A stretch of DNA of 55,825 bases from Methanobacteriota archaeon (GTDB lineage Archaea; Thermoplasmatota; Poseidoniia; Poseidoniales; Poseidoniaceae): NCBI GenBank assembly GCA_949514915.1, contig CATFLP010000127.1, positions 1 through 55,825 on the forward strand, read 5' to 3'. Numbering within the stretch: position 1 is the stretch's first letter; every line of letters starts with the position of its first letter. The notes under the pieces were generated by a model. The model saw only the letters and a list, made by a program, of their open reading frames with translations. It did no database searches and was not told the origin of the DNA. The translations under genes and the position numbers were made by a program. Below are positions 29,060 to 38,421 of this stretch, one piece after another.

Positions 29060-30055
29060 TTACCATTCATCTAATAAATCTCTAACTTCGGGTATAGGTT
29101 CTGGTTTGTCTGGTCTAATCCAATCATCATCAACTTTAAGCCACTGAGGTAGACCTTTGTTTGCACCACCTAATACAGCAAGTGTAGTGAATGCAGCAAG
29201 GGGAAGTACCGATAAAGCAGTCATTAGATCTAAAAATGAATTTTGTGGTACTGTTGCACCACCCATTAACCCTATGATAAAATCTTGTTCTGTTGTGATG
29301 TCTATACTATTTCCAAGCATTCCTACTACAAGTACCGTGGCCAATCTTCCTAACATCCACAATACAAGTATTGGGAAAAATATCGATAACTTTGTCATTG
29401 AAACCAACCATCTTCTAGCAAAAGTTGCAACACCTATGAATTTTGTAGCAATTGTTGGAAATACCCTCAATGAAATAATCAAAACAGCAAGATATGAAAC
29501 AATTACCATTTCTAAGACTTGGCCGCCTTCTGCCCAGGGTAGCACAATCATTAAGATAATCCATGGAATTACTACTACAATAAATTGAAATGGAATTGCG
29601 AGCATTTGAAGTCCTCCAAAAATCGCAATAATGCTTTTCCCATCTCCGTGTTGGTCGGAAATTAATTTAATCATTTGTCCATATGGTGAGTTTTTATGCC
29701 TTAGTTTTGCTCTAGATATTAAATCAGCATTACGAGGCTTGTTTGATAAATTTAACGAAGAAAGCCAACCTCCGCGTTTTACGACCATGTTTGGTGAGAA
29801 CCCCCCAACAATTAGAGCCAAAGCAAGAGCGGTTAATCCTGAATAAAATGAAGCACCTATAATCCAACGAAATAAATCATCTCTAATTTCTACAGAAAAC
29901 ACAAAAGGTTCAAATTGAAGGGTAAAATCAAACATGTAAGTAATTGTAAATGCTGCAATTGGAGTAAATACAATTTGACCTATTGCAACAAGGGTTAACC
30001 AAATTCGAGGTAGTAGGTTTTTTGTTCCCACAATAGCCTTCTGTGAGTTATACAT
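29060..30055 (-). CDS. Hypothetical multi-pass membrane protein
   Basis: 331-aa ORF with about 6 hydrophobic segments. Confidence 0.7.
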   Translation of the reverse strand: MYNSQKAIVGTKNLLPRIWLTLVAIGQIVFTPIAAFTITYMFDFTLQFEPFVFSVEIRDDLFRWIIGASFYSGLTALALALIVGGFSPNMVVKRGGWLSSLNLSNKPRNADLISRAKLRHKNSPYGQMIKLISDQHGDGKSIIAIFGGLQMLAIPFQFIVVVIPWIILMIVLPWAEGGQVLEMVIVSYLAVLIISLRVFPTIATKFIGVATFARRWLVSMTKLSIFFPILVLWMLGRLATVLVVGMLGNSIDITTEQDFIIGLMGGATVPQNSFLDLMTALSVLPLAAFTTLAVLGGANKGLPQWLKVDDDWIRPDKPEPIPEVRDLLDEW

Positions 30056-30174
30056 ATTTGCTTTTTACTTAAATAATTGAAATATATGTATTTTTGAGAA
30101 TGGTTATTTTTTGCGGAAGATTTTTTTTATTATATACTAATCAAACTTTTTACCTTCCTCCTATTGGCAGGTGC

Positions 30175-33100
30175 ATGGCAGTGTTAGATAGCCGTGTTCT
30201 TACTTTCATCGTTATTGGCTTGTTGATGGTTTCAAGCCCCCTAGTAATAATCTCCGAAGAGTTAGAAATGAATTATTCAGATTCCGAAGTAGAAGGGCGT
30301 GTTACTGTAGATTATCTTGTTGAATCAGTATCTTTTGGAAATACATCAAGTCCTGTGGAAAATTGGACTGAACCAGATAAATCAGTTGCGAATTTTTTAA
30401 TTAGAGGAGTTTTAGTGGATATTGATGTGACAATTTTTCAAAATGCAGGATCATTAGGACAATTTTCTACAGCATATGTTTTAGTTGAGGCATATCACCC
30501 AATAGGATATCTTGAATGGAGTGATTCTTATACAGAATACATGACTAGAGGAATGCGCAATACTACAACTGTTAAGTGGACACCAGAAGCTGCTCATAGT
30601 CATCTTGAGAATGGTTCATTATCTGGAGGTTATACAATAAGAGTTACAATATCTAATGATAATATAGATACAGATACAGATCCTTCTAATAATGTAATGG
30701 AAATTGAAATGCCTGTGGCTATTTGGAGAGATCAACTTGATGACACAAGTGAGACGGCATCTTATTTTGCAATGCGTGCATATAAGTATTCTAAAGATAC
30801 TGCAGATGGACCTGATGCTATCGGAAAAGGATCTTGGCAATTAGAAGAGAATACAGGTATTGTTGGTTCTGATAGTTATCGTCATTCAACACCTGGAAAT
30901 AATTACCCTGGAAATGCATATGATAGATTGGTATGGGGTTTCCCTACTGATGGGCAATCTGGTTGTGGAGAAGTATTGGGCGTTAGGAGTTCTAATGAGT
31001 TTGGATGGGATGGAGATGGTTCATATTTTTGGCCATGGTGTAGAGCTAAATTAGATGGTAGCCAATTTGTAACTTTGGATATTGCAACACAGGCGTGGGG
31101 TAATATAGGTACAGGAGATAAAGTGGGGCTTGAGTTATGGCAAGCAGGCGGAGGAAATATCCAAACTTTGGTAAAAGAGATTGAAGGCGTAAGCAGTACT
31201 AATTCTCAATGGTCTCAAGTATATTGGAAAGTTTCTGATGAAGAAATGAATAAATTAGAATGGCATGTTGGCTTTATTTTTGAAAGCGATAATTCTGTGG
31301 CAACTCCAGGATATCATGTAGATGATTTTGCTATTTTTGCAGTTGAAAATGTTTCTAGATTTACTCTCGATGTAGATTGTAAAGATATCACTACTGGACA
31401 ATATCCTGATTTAGGTTTTAGTGTTATTCCTGATGACCCTAACCCTCCAGCTATGGAATGTTTAATTCATAATAATGGATATCGGGATGCACATGTTAGT
31501 GTATTAAGCAATAATAACAATGATACTTGGTTTGATCCAAGAATTGATCATAGTCTTTCATCGACATATGGTTCTCAAGTATTTGTAATAATTCCTCCAG
31601 ATGAGACTGCAGCATTTTGGATTAATCAATCAATAATTCCAGCTGCAGAGGTCACTAATCCAAGTGACATTGCATTATTGAACATCTCAGTTATTGGTTC
31701 ATATACTCTTGAAGAACATTATTTCACTTCAATTCCTATTTCTGTAGGTTATCATGACAATGCACGTATTTGGTCTGAAGCACCCAATCCAGCATTTTCA
31801 TTTTATCCTGGAGAATCTGGAATTGTAGACGTCCAAGTCACAAATACAGGAAATAAAAATGGTAAATTTGCATTGACTGGTGCATTTCCTAATGAAAGAC
31901 CACAATGGCTTCCATGGTTGTCAATCTCGTATAAAGATCAGTTTGGTAACGATATTCCAAGAGATAATAATGGATTCCAATCAATAGAATTAACCAAGGG
32001 AGAATCTGTAGATTTATCTTTAGAATTAGTTGCACCAGTTGAAACATTTCCAGGAGTTTTCGACATAGAATTGCAGGTAAATGGAATTGAAGGAACATCT
32101 ACGCAAGCAACATTCCCACTAGCAATTGAAGTAAGAACTCAGTATGATTTACAAATGACAGCCGAATCTCAATCATTAAGCACTCCTGCAGATGGAGTAC
32201 AAGAGTTAATACCTGTAAATCTAGTAAATAATGGGAATACTTTAGAGGTATTTGATTTACAATTGTTAGGAGATGCTTGGTCTTTAGGTGCAGAATTATC
32301 ATCAACACAAACCCAACCACTTGCTGCTTACGGGTTAGAATCATCAGGAGTTAATATCATATTACCTATGACTGAAGGAATTAGTCCTGGAGATTATACA
32401 TTAATTTTATCTGCAACTTCAGTAAATGATCAAAATTACAATGGCCAGATATATTTCACAATAACAGTTGAAGACACAAGGAAAGTAGAAGTCGAAAGTA
32501 GAGATTTAAGAGAGCAAAGTTATCGTGGAGGACAACAAGTAGAATCTATAACTTTTCAAATCAATAATACTGGAAATATTGAAGATCAATATATTATCCA
32601 GTTAGATACACCACTTGGAATGGATGCTTATGTAGAATCAATTGGAATGGATGGAGGAAAAACACCTTTGATACAACCAGGGGCATCATTTAATGTGACA
32701 GTTTCATTTACATTTGATACATTAGCAGAAGGAGATTTTAATTTAGGAGTAATTGCAAAAAGTAGCAATAATGAAAATGTAATGTCTACGGGAAATGCTA
32801 AATTTATAGTAGGTAATTTAGGTTGGATAAAATTATTACTTTCTTCCGAAGATTTAGATATTGATCTTGAAACAGAAGAAGCAGGAAAAGTATATGTTTT
32901 GCATGTTGATGAAAATGGTGACTACTACTTAAATTTACAAGTATTCAATAAACATTACACTGAACAAGAAATTAGAATTGACTTTGATGATAAAATTTCA
33001 GCCAGTTATTTTGGTATTCAAGTAGATGAGTATACAAGTGCCTTTAATGTTAGAGATAATGATAATGAGGATATTGCGTTGAAAATAAGTGTTCCACGTT

Positions 33101-33612
33101 CAACACTTCTTTCATTACCTAGTGATACATATATGGTTAATTTGACAATTTGGGTTGAATCAGATCTTGATGTGTCTCCGTTGATATTAAGAGTGGATTT
33201 GATGCGAGAATCTCTAAATACAGAGGTAGAGGAAAGTTCTAGTGAATATAGCAGCATGATTTTTAATGGTCTTTCTATAGTGTTGCTTGTAGGAATTCTT
33301 GGAGGATTATTATTTGTTCTTTGGAGGGAATTTTCCAAGGAAGATGATGAAGAATCATATAATTATGATTCAGGAATAACAAGCCAATTTGGTGATGATG
33401 GGCGTTCAGTACCTTCAGCAAGTATGTTATTGGGTGGCGTAGATTCGATTGAAGTTGGAAAAACAGCTCCTGATTTACCTCAAGAAAATGATCTTGTTGC
33501 GAATATAGATGAAGAAACATCTCCTCCATTGCCAGTGTCTGGGTTACCAGAAGGATGGACAATGGAGCAATGGAAACATTATGGCCAACAATGGTTAGAT
33601 CAGCAAAAATAA
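30175..33612 (+). CDS. Large cell-surface protein with CARDB/NEW3-like Ig repeats, C-terminal TM and Trp-rich tail
   Basis: N-terminal hydrophobic leader (MAVLDS...), repeated V(T/V)NxGN strands, TM, then LPEGWTMEQWKHYGQQWL. Confidence 0.8.
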   Translation: MAVLDSRVLTFIVIGLLMVSSPLVIISEELEMNYSDSEVEGRVTVDYLVESVSFGNTSSPVENWTEPDKSVANFLIRGVLVDIDVTIFQNAGSLGQFSTAYVLVEAYHPIGYLEWSDSYTEYMTRGMRNTTTVKWTPEAAHSHLENGSLSGGYTIRVTISNDNIDTDTDPSNNVMEIEMPVAIWRDQLDDTSETASYFAMRAYKYSKDTADGPDAIGKGSWQLEENTGIVGSDSYRHSTPGNNYPGNAYDRLVWGFPTDGQSGCGEVLGVRSSNEFGWDGDGSYFWPWCRAKLDGSQFVTLDIATQAWGNIGTGDKVGLELWQAGGGNIQTLVKEIEGVSSTNSQWSQVYWKVSDEEMNKLEWHVGFIFESDNSVATPGYHVDDFAIFAVENVSRFTLDVDCKDITTGQYPDLGFSVIPDDPNPPAMECLIHNNGYRDAHVSVLSNNNNDTWFDPRIDHSLSSTYGSQVFVIIPPDETAAFWINQSIIPAAEVTNPSDIALLNISVIGSYTLEEHYFTSIPISVGYHDNARIWSEAPNPAFSFYPGESGIVDVQVTNTGNKNGKFALTGAFPNERPQWLPWLSISYKDQFGNDIPRDNNGFQSIELTKGESVDLSLELVAPVETFPGVFDIELQVNGIEGTSTQATFPLAIEVRTQYDLQMTAESQSLSTPADGVQELIPVNLVNNGNTLEVFDLQLLGDAWSLGAELSSTQTQPLAAYGLESSGVNIILPMTEGISPGDYTLILSATSVNDQNYNGQIYFTITVEDTRKVEVESRDLREQSYRGGQQVESITFQINNTGNIEDQYIIQLDTPLGMDAYVESIGMDGGKTPLIQPGASFNVTVSFTFDTLAEGDFNLGVIAKSSNNENVMSTGNAKFIVGNLGWIKLLLSSEDLDIDLETEEAGKVYVLHVDENGDYYLNLQVFNKHYTEQEIRIDFDDKISASYFGIQVDEYTSAFNVRDNDNEDIALKISVPRSTLLSLPSDTYMVNLTIWVESDLDVSPLILRVDLMRESLNTEVEESSSEYSSMIFNGLSIVLLVGILGGLLFVLWREFSKEDDEESYNYDSGITSQFGDDGRSVPSASMLLGGVDSIEVGKTAPDLPQENDLVANIDEETSPPLPVSGLPEGWTMEQWKHYGQQWLDQQK

Positions 33613-33693
33613 TTCATCCATCTAAACCGTTGCGTTAAAATCAATGGAGGTTTCGGCTACTCGCGGGAGAATCGCATAAACCAAGGTGATGAA

Positions 33694-35322
33694 ATGAATT
33701 CAGGAGCACAAGGACAAGGGCAAGCGCCAATTTTCATATTGAAAGAGGGAACATCTCAAACAAGAGGCAAAACTGCACAAAGTAACAATATTGCTGCGGC
33801 TAAAGCTGTAGCAAATTCTGTTAGAAGTACTCTTGGTCCTAAAGGAATGGATAAAATGCTTGTAGATTCCATGGGAGATGTAGTAATTACTAATGATGGT
33901 GCAACTATCTTGAAGGAAATGGATATAGAACATCCTGCTGCAAAAATGATAATTGAAGTTGCAAAAACACAAGAGCAGCATTGCTATGATGGCACAACAA
34001 CAGCAGTTGTTTTAGCAGGAGAATTATTGAAAAGAAGTGAAGATTTAATTGAACAAAATGTCCATCCTACTGTTATTTGCGAAGGATTTAGGTTGGCTGC
34101 TGAAAAAGCAATGGACATACTTTCTGAACATGGGATTGATGTAAATTCTGAACAATCAAAAATGCTTAATGAAGTTGCAAAAACTGCACTTACAGGAAAG
34201 AGTGCGGGGGCAGTTAGAGAATTCCTTTCAGATATTTGTGTTAGAGCGGTAATATGTGTTGGTGGTGAAGAAGATGGTGAACGTTATGTTGATCTTGATG
34301 ACATAAAGGTACAAAAGAAACAAGGAGGTTCAATCAGAGATTCTACATTAATAGATGGGATACTTTTAGACAAGGAAAGAGTACATTCAGGAATGCCAAG
34401 GAGTGTGACTTCAGCATCAATAGCATTAATTAATTCTGCTATTGAAGTTAAGAAAACAGAAGTAGATGCAAAGATTCAAATTACAAACCCAAACCAATTA
34501 GCATCATTTTTAGATGAAGAAGAAGGATATCTAAAAGGACTAGTTGAAAAAATCAAATCTAGTGGTGCAAATGTTGTTATATGTCAAAAAGGAATTGATG
34601 ATTTAGCACAACATTATATGGCCAAATCAGGTATTTTTGCAGTTAGAAGGGCAAAAAAGAGCGATATGGAAGCCTTATCAAAAGCAACAGGTGCATCCAT
34701 AATTACGAATATTGATGATTTAAATTCTGAGGAATTAGGTCATGCTTCAAAAGTAGAAGAAAAGAAAATAGGAGATTCAGATATGATATTTATTACTGGT
34801 TGTGAATCAGCAAAATCGGTTAGTGTACTTCTAAGAGGAGGGACTGAGCATGTTGTTGATGAAATCAGACGTGCTTTTGATGATGCAGTCGGTGTTGTAA
34901 GTGTTGCTTGGGAAGATGGAACCGTTTTAACAGGAGGAGGATCTGTACTTGCAGCATTATCTAGAGATTTACGTAATTTTGCAGAAGGAGTAGGTGGCCG
35001 AGAACAAATGGCAATTGAAGCATTTGCTGGAGCATTGGAAGTAATACCAAGAACTCTTGCAGAAAATGCAGGATTAGATCCTGTTAATACAATAATAGAT
35101 CTTCGAAAAGCTCATGCAGAAGGAAAAAGAAATTTTGGAGTTAATGTTTACGAAGGTGGAGTAAAAGATATGTTGGCCGCAAATGTCGTAGAGCCTCAAA
35201 GAGTGGTAGAACAAGCGATTCAATCAGCAACAGAAACGGCAACTATGATTCTTCGGATTGATGACGTAATCTCTGCTAAATCTGCTTCTGGCGGAGATAT
35301 GGACGCAATGATGGGTTACTAG
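33694..35322 (+). CDS. ths: Thermosome (group II chaperonin) subunit
   Basis: [42 protein letters not shown]. Confidence 0.97.
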   Translation: MNSGAQGQGQAPIFILKEGTSQTRGKTAQSNNIAAAKAVANSVRSTLGPKGMDKMLVDSMGDVVITNDGATILKEMDIEHPAAKMIIEVAKTQEQHCYDGTTTAVVLAGELLKRSEDLIEQNVHPTVICEGFRLAAEKAMDILSEHGIDVNSEQSKMLNEVAKTALTGKSAGAVREFLSDICVRAVICVGGEEDGERYVDLDDIKVQKKQGGSIRDSTLIDGILLDKERVHSGMPRSVTSASIALINSAIEVKKTEVDAKIQITNPNQLASFLDEEEGYLKGLVEKIKSSGANVVICQKGIDDLAQHYMAKSGIFAVRRAKKSDMEALSKATGASIITNIDDLNSEELGHASKVEEKKIGDSDMIFITGCESAKSVSVLLRGGTEHVVDEIRRAFDDAVGVVSVAWEDGTVLTGGGSVLAALSRDLRNFAEGVGGREQMAIEAFAGALEVIPRTLAENAGLDPVNTIIDLRKAHAEGKRNFGVNVYEGGVKDMLAANVVEPQRVVEQAIQSATETATMILRIDDVISAKSASGGDMDAMMGY

Positions 35323-35413
35323 TATTGCAGATTTATTTTCTGTAGTCTGCGTTATATTCAAGAATCGCATTCGTGTGGCATATAATGTCCAGTCAAATTT
35401 GGACGGTGATTTG

Positions 35414-37549
35414 ATGTCAAAACCAGTATTGATTCTTTTTGGAACCCAATCTGGTAATTCTGAAGATTTAGCATCACAATTAGCTAAATCTGCAACTGCT
35501 CATGGCTTGACTCCAACTGTGCTTGATATGGATGCAACAAATGTAGAGATGATGGCATCTTCAGAAAGGATTTTGATTATTTGTAGTACTTGGGGAGAAG
35601 GTGAAATGCCTGATTCTGCTGAAGCATTATGGGATTCAATTAATGCAGAAGGAGTGCCAAAAATGGAAAATACGCATTTTTCAGTTTGTGCTCTTGGAGA
35701 TACAAGTTACGAATTTTATTGCCAGTCTGGTAAAGATTGGGATCGAAGATTGGAAGAATTAGGGGCAAAACGAGTTTTTGCAAGGCAAGATTGTGATGTT
35801 GACTTTGACGAACCTTATGCTGCATGGGCCGCAGGTGCTTTACCAGCAATATCTTCTGTTGGTGGATCAGTTGCAGAAGTTGTCGAAGAACCCTCAGAAG
35901 AATTAAGTGAACCTAGTACTGAAGAATCTTCATCAGGGGAATTAGATGAAATAATGTCTGATGGAGATAGAAAATTAGTAGTTTTATTCGGAAGCCAATC
36001 TGGAAATTCAGAAGATTTAGCCTTTAGGGTAAAGTCAAAAGCAAGTGAATTTGGATTAAATGCAGAAGTTTTCGATATGGAAGGTTTTGATTTAAATTCA
36101 TTAGAGAACACATCAAGATTATTGATAATTTGTAGTACTTGGGGTGAGGGCGATATGCCTGATTCTGCTGAAGCATTATGGCAACTTGCGAAATCAGACA
36201 AAAGGCCAAAATTATCAAAAACTTATTTCTCAGTTTGTGCTCTTGGAGATACAAGTTATGAATTCTTTTGCCAGTCTGGTAAAGATTGGGATGAAGTTAT
36301 AGAAGAAATGGGTGGAAAAAGAATTCATGAAAGAGCAGATTGTGATGTTGATTTCGATCCAACATTCCAGAAATGGGTGATTCCAGCATTAGCTGGTCTT
36401 GCAGCAGTAGATGGTAATGGAGACTATCACGAAGAATTAGTGTCATTATTCATAGAATTAGTCGAAAATAAAGGAAAGAAAACTTCAACTGGAGATTTAG
36501 ATACTCCTGTTATTTTCCGTGAGTCAATTGAATTAACTTTCAAAATCTTCCGATATAATCCTTTATTGATCGAAAAAGGATGGGATACATATGAATGTAA
36601 AATACCAGGTCATTTTTCATTATTAGATGCATTAAAATCCATAAAATCAAATTTCGACCCTACACTTTCTTTTAGAGGAAGTGGACCTTTATCAGGAATT
36701 ATTGTTAATGGTGCAGTCGTAAGAGCAGATAGAACCCGATTGTTAGATATGGTTGAATTATGTGGTCATGAACTTAAGATAGAACCATTATCTGGATATG
36801 AAGTAGTAAAGGATTTGGTAATAAGCACTAAAAATTATGATGTCCATAGAATTAAATCTACTCCATGGATGATTCCTGCTACTAGATCCGGTGTTAATAC
36901 TGTTTCAGGAACTACTATCGGAGTGATGGATGCATCAAAAGCTACAGATTTACATGAATTAGGAGACATAGATAGCCCCCAATTATTGCATTCATTTTCA
37001 GATACCTTGCCTTATGATCCAGAGTACATTGGTCCAGCATTAGTAATGCATACTTGGAAAAGAGTAAATGATGAAAGGTATTCAGAAAAAGCAAGACAAT
37101 CAAGCATTAATTTACTTCAAAACGAAGGAGGAGCTTGGAATGAATCAGATTGTAGTTCATTTGGAAGGCATGGAGATTTCGGTAAAAAAATTGCCAATTC
37201 ATTTAATGAATGCCGTGCAGAATTAATTCGTAAAAAAGGCTTTTCTGGAAAGCATGGGCGTTTAGTAAAATGGTATGGACTTTCAGTAAAATGGTCTGGT
37301 AAAGTAAATGAAACAACATTGTATAGGCAAGTTTTAGGTCCCTTAGGATTAGTATCAAATTTATTTTCGGGAGTTTCTATGAGGATGATGCTTGGATTTA
37401 CTAGGACTGGTGCAAAACCATTTAGAAGCATTTTTCCATTAATAGCACCACCTGCAGGAATTGGAAAAATTCCTCCAATGATTAATTCTAAGGTTGAGTC
37501 ACATCATGAAGTGGCAAATTTATTTAATAAATTAGATAAGAGGTTTTGA
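35414..37549 (+). CDS. Fusion protein: two flavodoxin domains plus a degenerate SdhB/FrdB-like domain lacking Fe-S cysteine motifs
   Basis: Two copies of FG(T/S)QSGNSE...STWGEG.MP...LGDTSYEF(Y/F)C, then FKIFRYNP...LLDALKSIK...DPTLSFR...IEPLSGYEVVKDLVI...YIGPA. GGTGAT SD before ATG 35414. Confidence 0.85.
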   Translation: MSKPVLILFGTQSGNSEDLASQLAKSATAHGLTPTVLDMDATNVEMMASSERILIICSTWGEGEMPDSAEALWDSINAEGVPKMENTHFSVCALGDTSYEFYCQSGKDWDRRLEELGAKRVFARQDCDVDFDEPYAAWAAGALPAISSVGGSVAEVVEEPSEELSEPSTEESSSGELDEIMSDGDRKLVVLFGSQSGNSEDLAFRVKSKASEFGLNAEVFDMEGFDLNSLENTSRLLIICSTWGEGDMPDSAEALWQLAKSDKRPKLSKTYFSVCALGDTSYEFFCQSGKDWDEVIEEMGGKRIHERADCDVDFDPTFQKWVIPALAGLAAVDGNGDYHEELVSLFIELVENKGKKTSTGDLDTPVIFRESIELTFKIFRYNPLLIEKGWDTYECKIPGHFSLLDALKSIKSNFDPTLSFRGSGPLSGIIVNGAVVRADRTRLLDMVELCGHELKIEPLSGYEVVKDLVISTKNYDVHRIKSTPWMIPATRSGVNTVSGTTIGVMDASKATDLHELGDIDSPQLLHSFSDTLPYDPEYIGPALVMHTWKRVNDERYSEKARQSSINLLQNEGGAWNESDCSSFGRHGDFGKKIANSFNECRAELIRKKGFSGKHGRLVKWYGLSVKWSGKVNETTLYRQVLGPLGLVSNLFSGVSMRMMLGFTRTGAKPFRSIFPLIAPPAGIGKIPPMINSKVESHHEVANLFNKLDKRF

Positions 37550-37558
37550 GTGATTAAA

Positions 37559-38416
37559 ATGGTTAAGTTTGCATATTATCCAGGTAATGTTGCTAGAGCA
37601 GCTTCAATTGAAGTTGAAGATTGTATTCAGCCCTTATGTTCAACTTTAGGAATTGAATTAATTGAAATACCAAAAGCCACTTCAGATGGAGGGAATATAA
37701 TTTCTCAAGCATCAACGATATTACAACATACTTTGGTTGCAAGAAATATGGCATTAGCTGAAGAAAAAGGACTTGACATGATCACTACTTGTGCAACTTC
37801 TCATGGTATTCATTGTGATACAATTGATGCAATGAACAATGATATTTCACTAAAGTCAAAAATTAATAGCACCTTATCCCAAGTTTCAGGTGTTGAATTT
37901 CATGGAGAATCAAACTCAAAGCATTTACTCCATGTTTTAGTTGAGGAAATAGGATTAGATAAAATAAAATCATTAGTAAAAAACCCAATTGAATTAAAAG
38001 TTGCAGGTTATTATGGGCCAAATATGCAAAAAGAAGGGGCAAGTTCAGAAGATAATGTATTTAATCCACAATATCTAGAACAACTTATTTCTGCATTAGG
38101 AGGAACTCCAGTAGATTATGATTTAAAATGTCAAAGTGTTGGCGCACCCTCCTTATTGACGAATCAATCTAGTACTCTAAGGATGACTGCTGCTGTACTT
38201 GATGATGCAAAAGAAAATGGAGCACAATTAATGGTTAGTGCTTGTACATTATCCCATTCAAATTTAGATACTTACCAAGTTAAAGCAGGTAGAATCTCAG
38301 GAAAGGATACCTCTATGCCAGTGATTCATTTGGCAGAATTAGTTGCTTTTGCTTTAGGCCATCACAGAGATCGTTTTGCTCAGTTAAAAACAAGAGTAAT
38401 AGTAATTGGAAGTTAG
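37559..38416 (+). CDS. HdrB/SdhE-like CCG-domain protein with degenerate cysteine motifs
   Basis: AYYPG, LGIELIEI, ARNMALAE, VAGYYG, ALGGTPVDY, NLDTYQ and MPVIHLAELVAFALG are HdrB-family landmarks. Confidence 0.85.
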   Translation: MVKFAYYPGNVARAASIEVEDCIQPLCSTLGIELIEIPKATSDGGNIISQASTILQHTLVARNMALAEEKGLDMITTCATSHGIHCDTIDAMNNDISLKSKINSTLSQVSGVEFHGESNSKHLLHVLVEEIGLDKIKSLVKNPIELKVAGYYGPNMQKEGASSEDNVFNPQYLEQLISALGGTPVDYDLKCQSVGAPSLLTNQSSTLRMTAAVLDDAKENGAQLMVSACTLSHSNLDTYQVKAGRISGKDTSMPVIHLAELVAFALGHHRDRFAQLKTRVIVIGS

Positions 38417-38421
38417 TATGA

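Noticed and set aside
36530-38416. Selenocysteine recoding or pseudogenisation as the explanation for missing Fe-S cysteines
   Set aside because: There are no in-frame TGA codons, stops or frameshifts. The substituted positions are ordinary sense codons and the scaffold motifs are well preserved.
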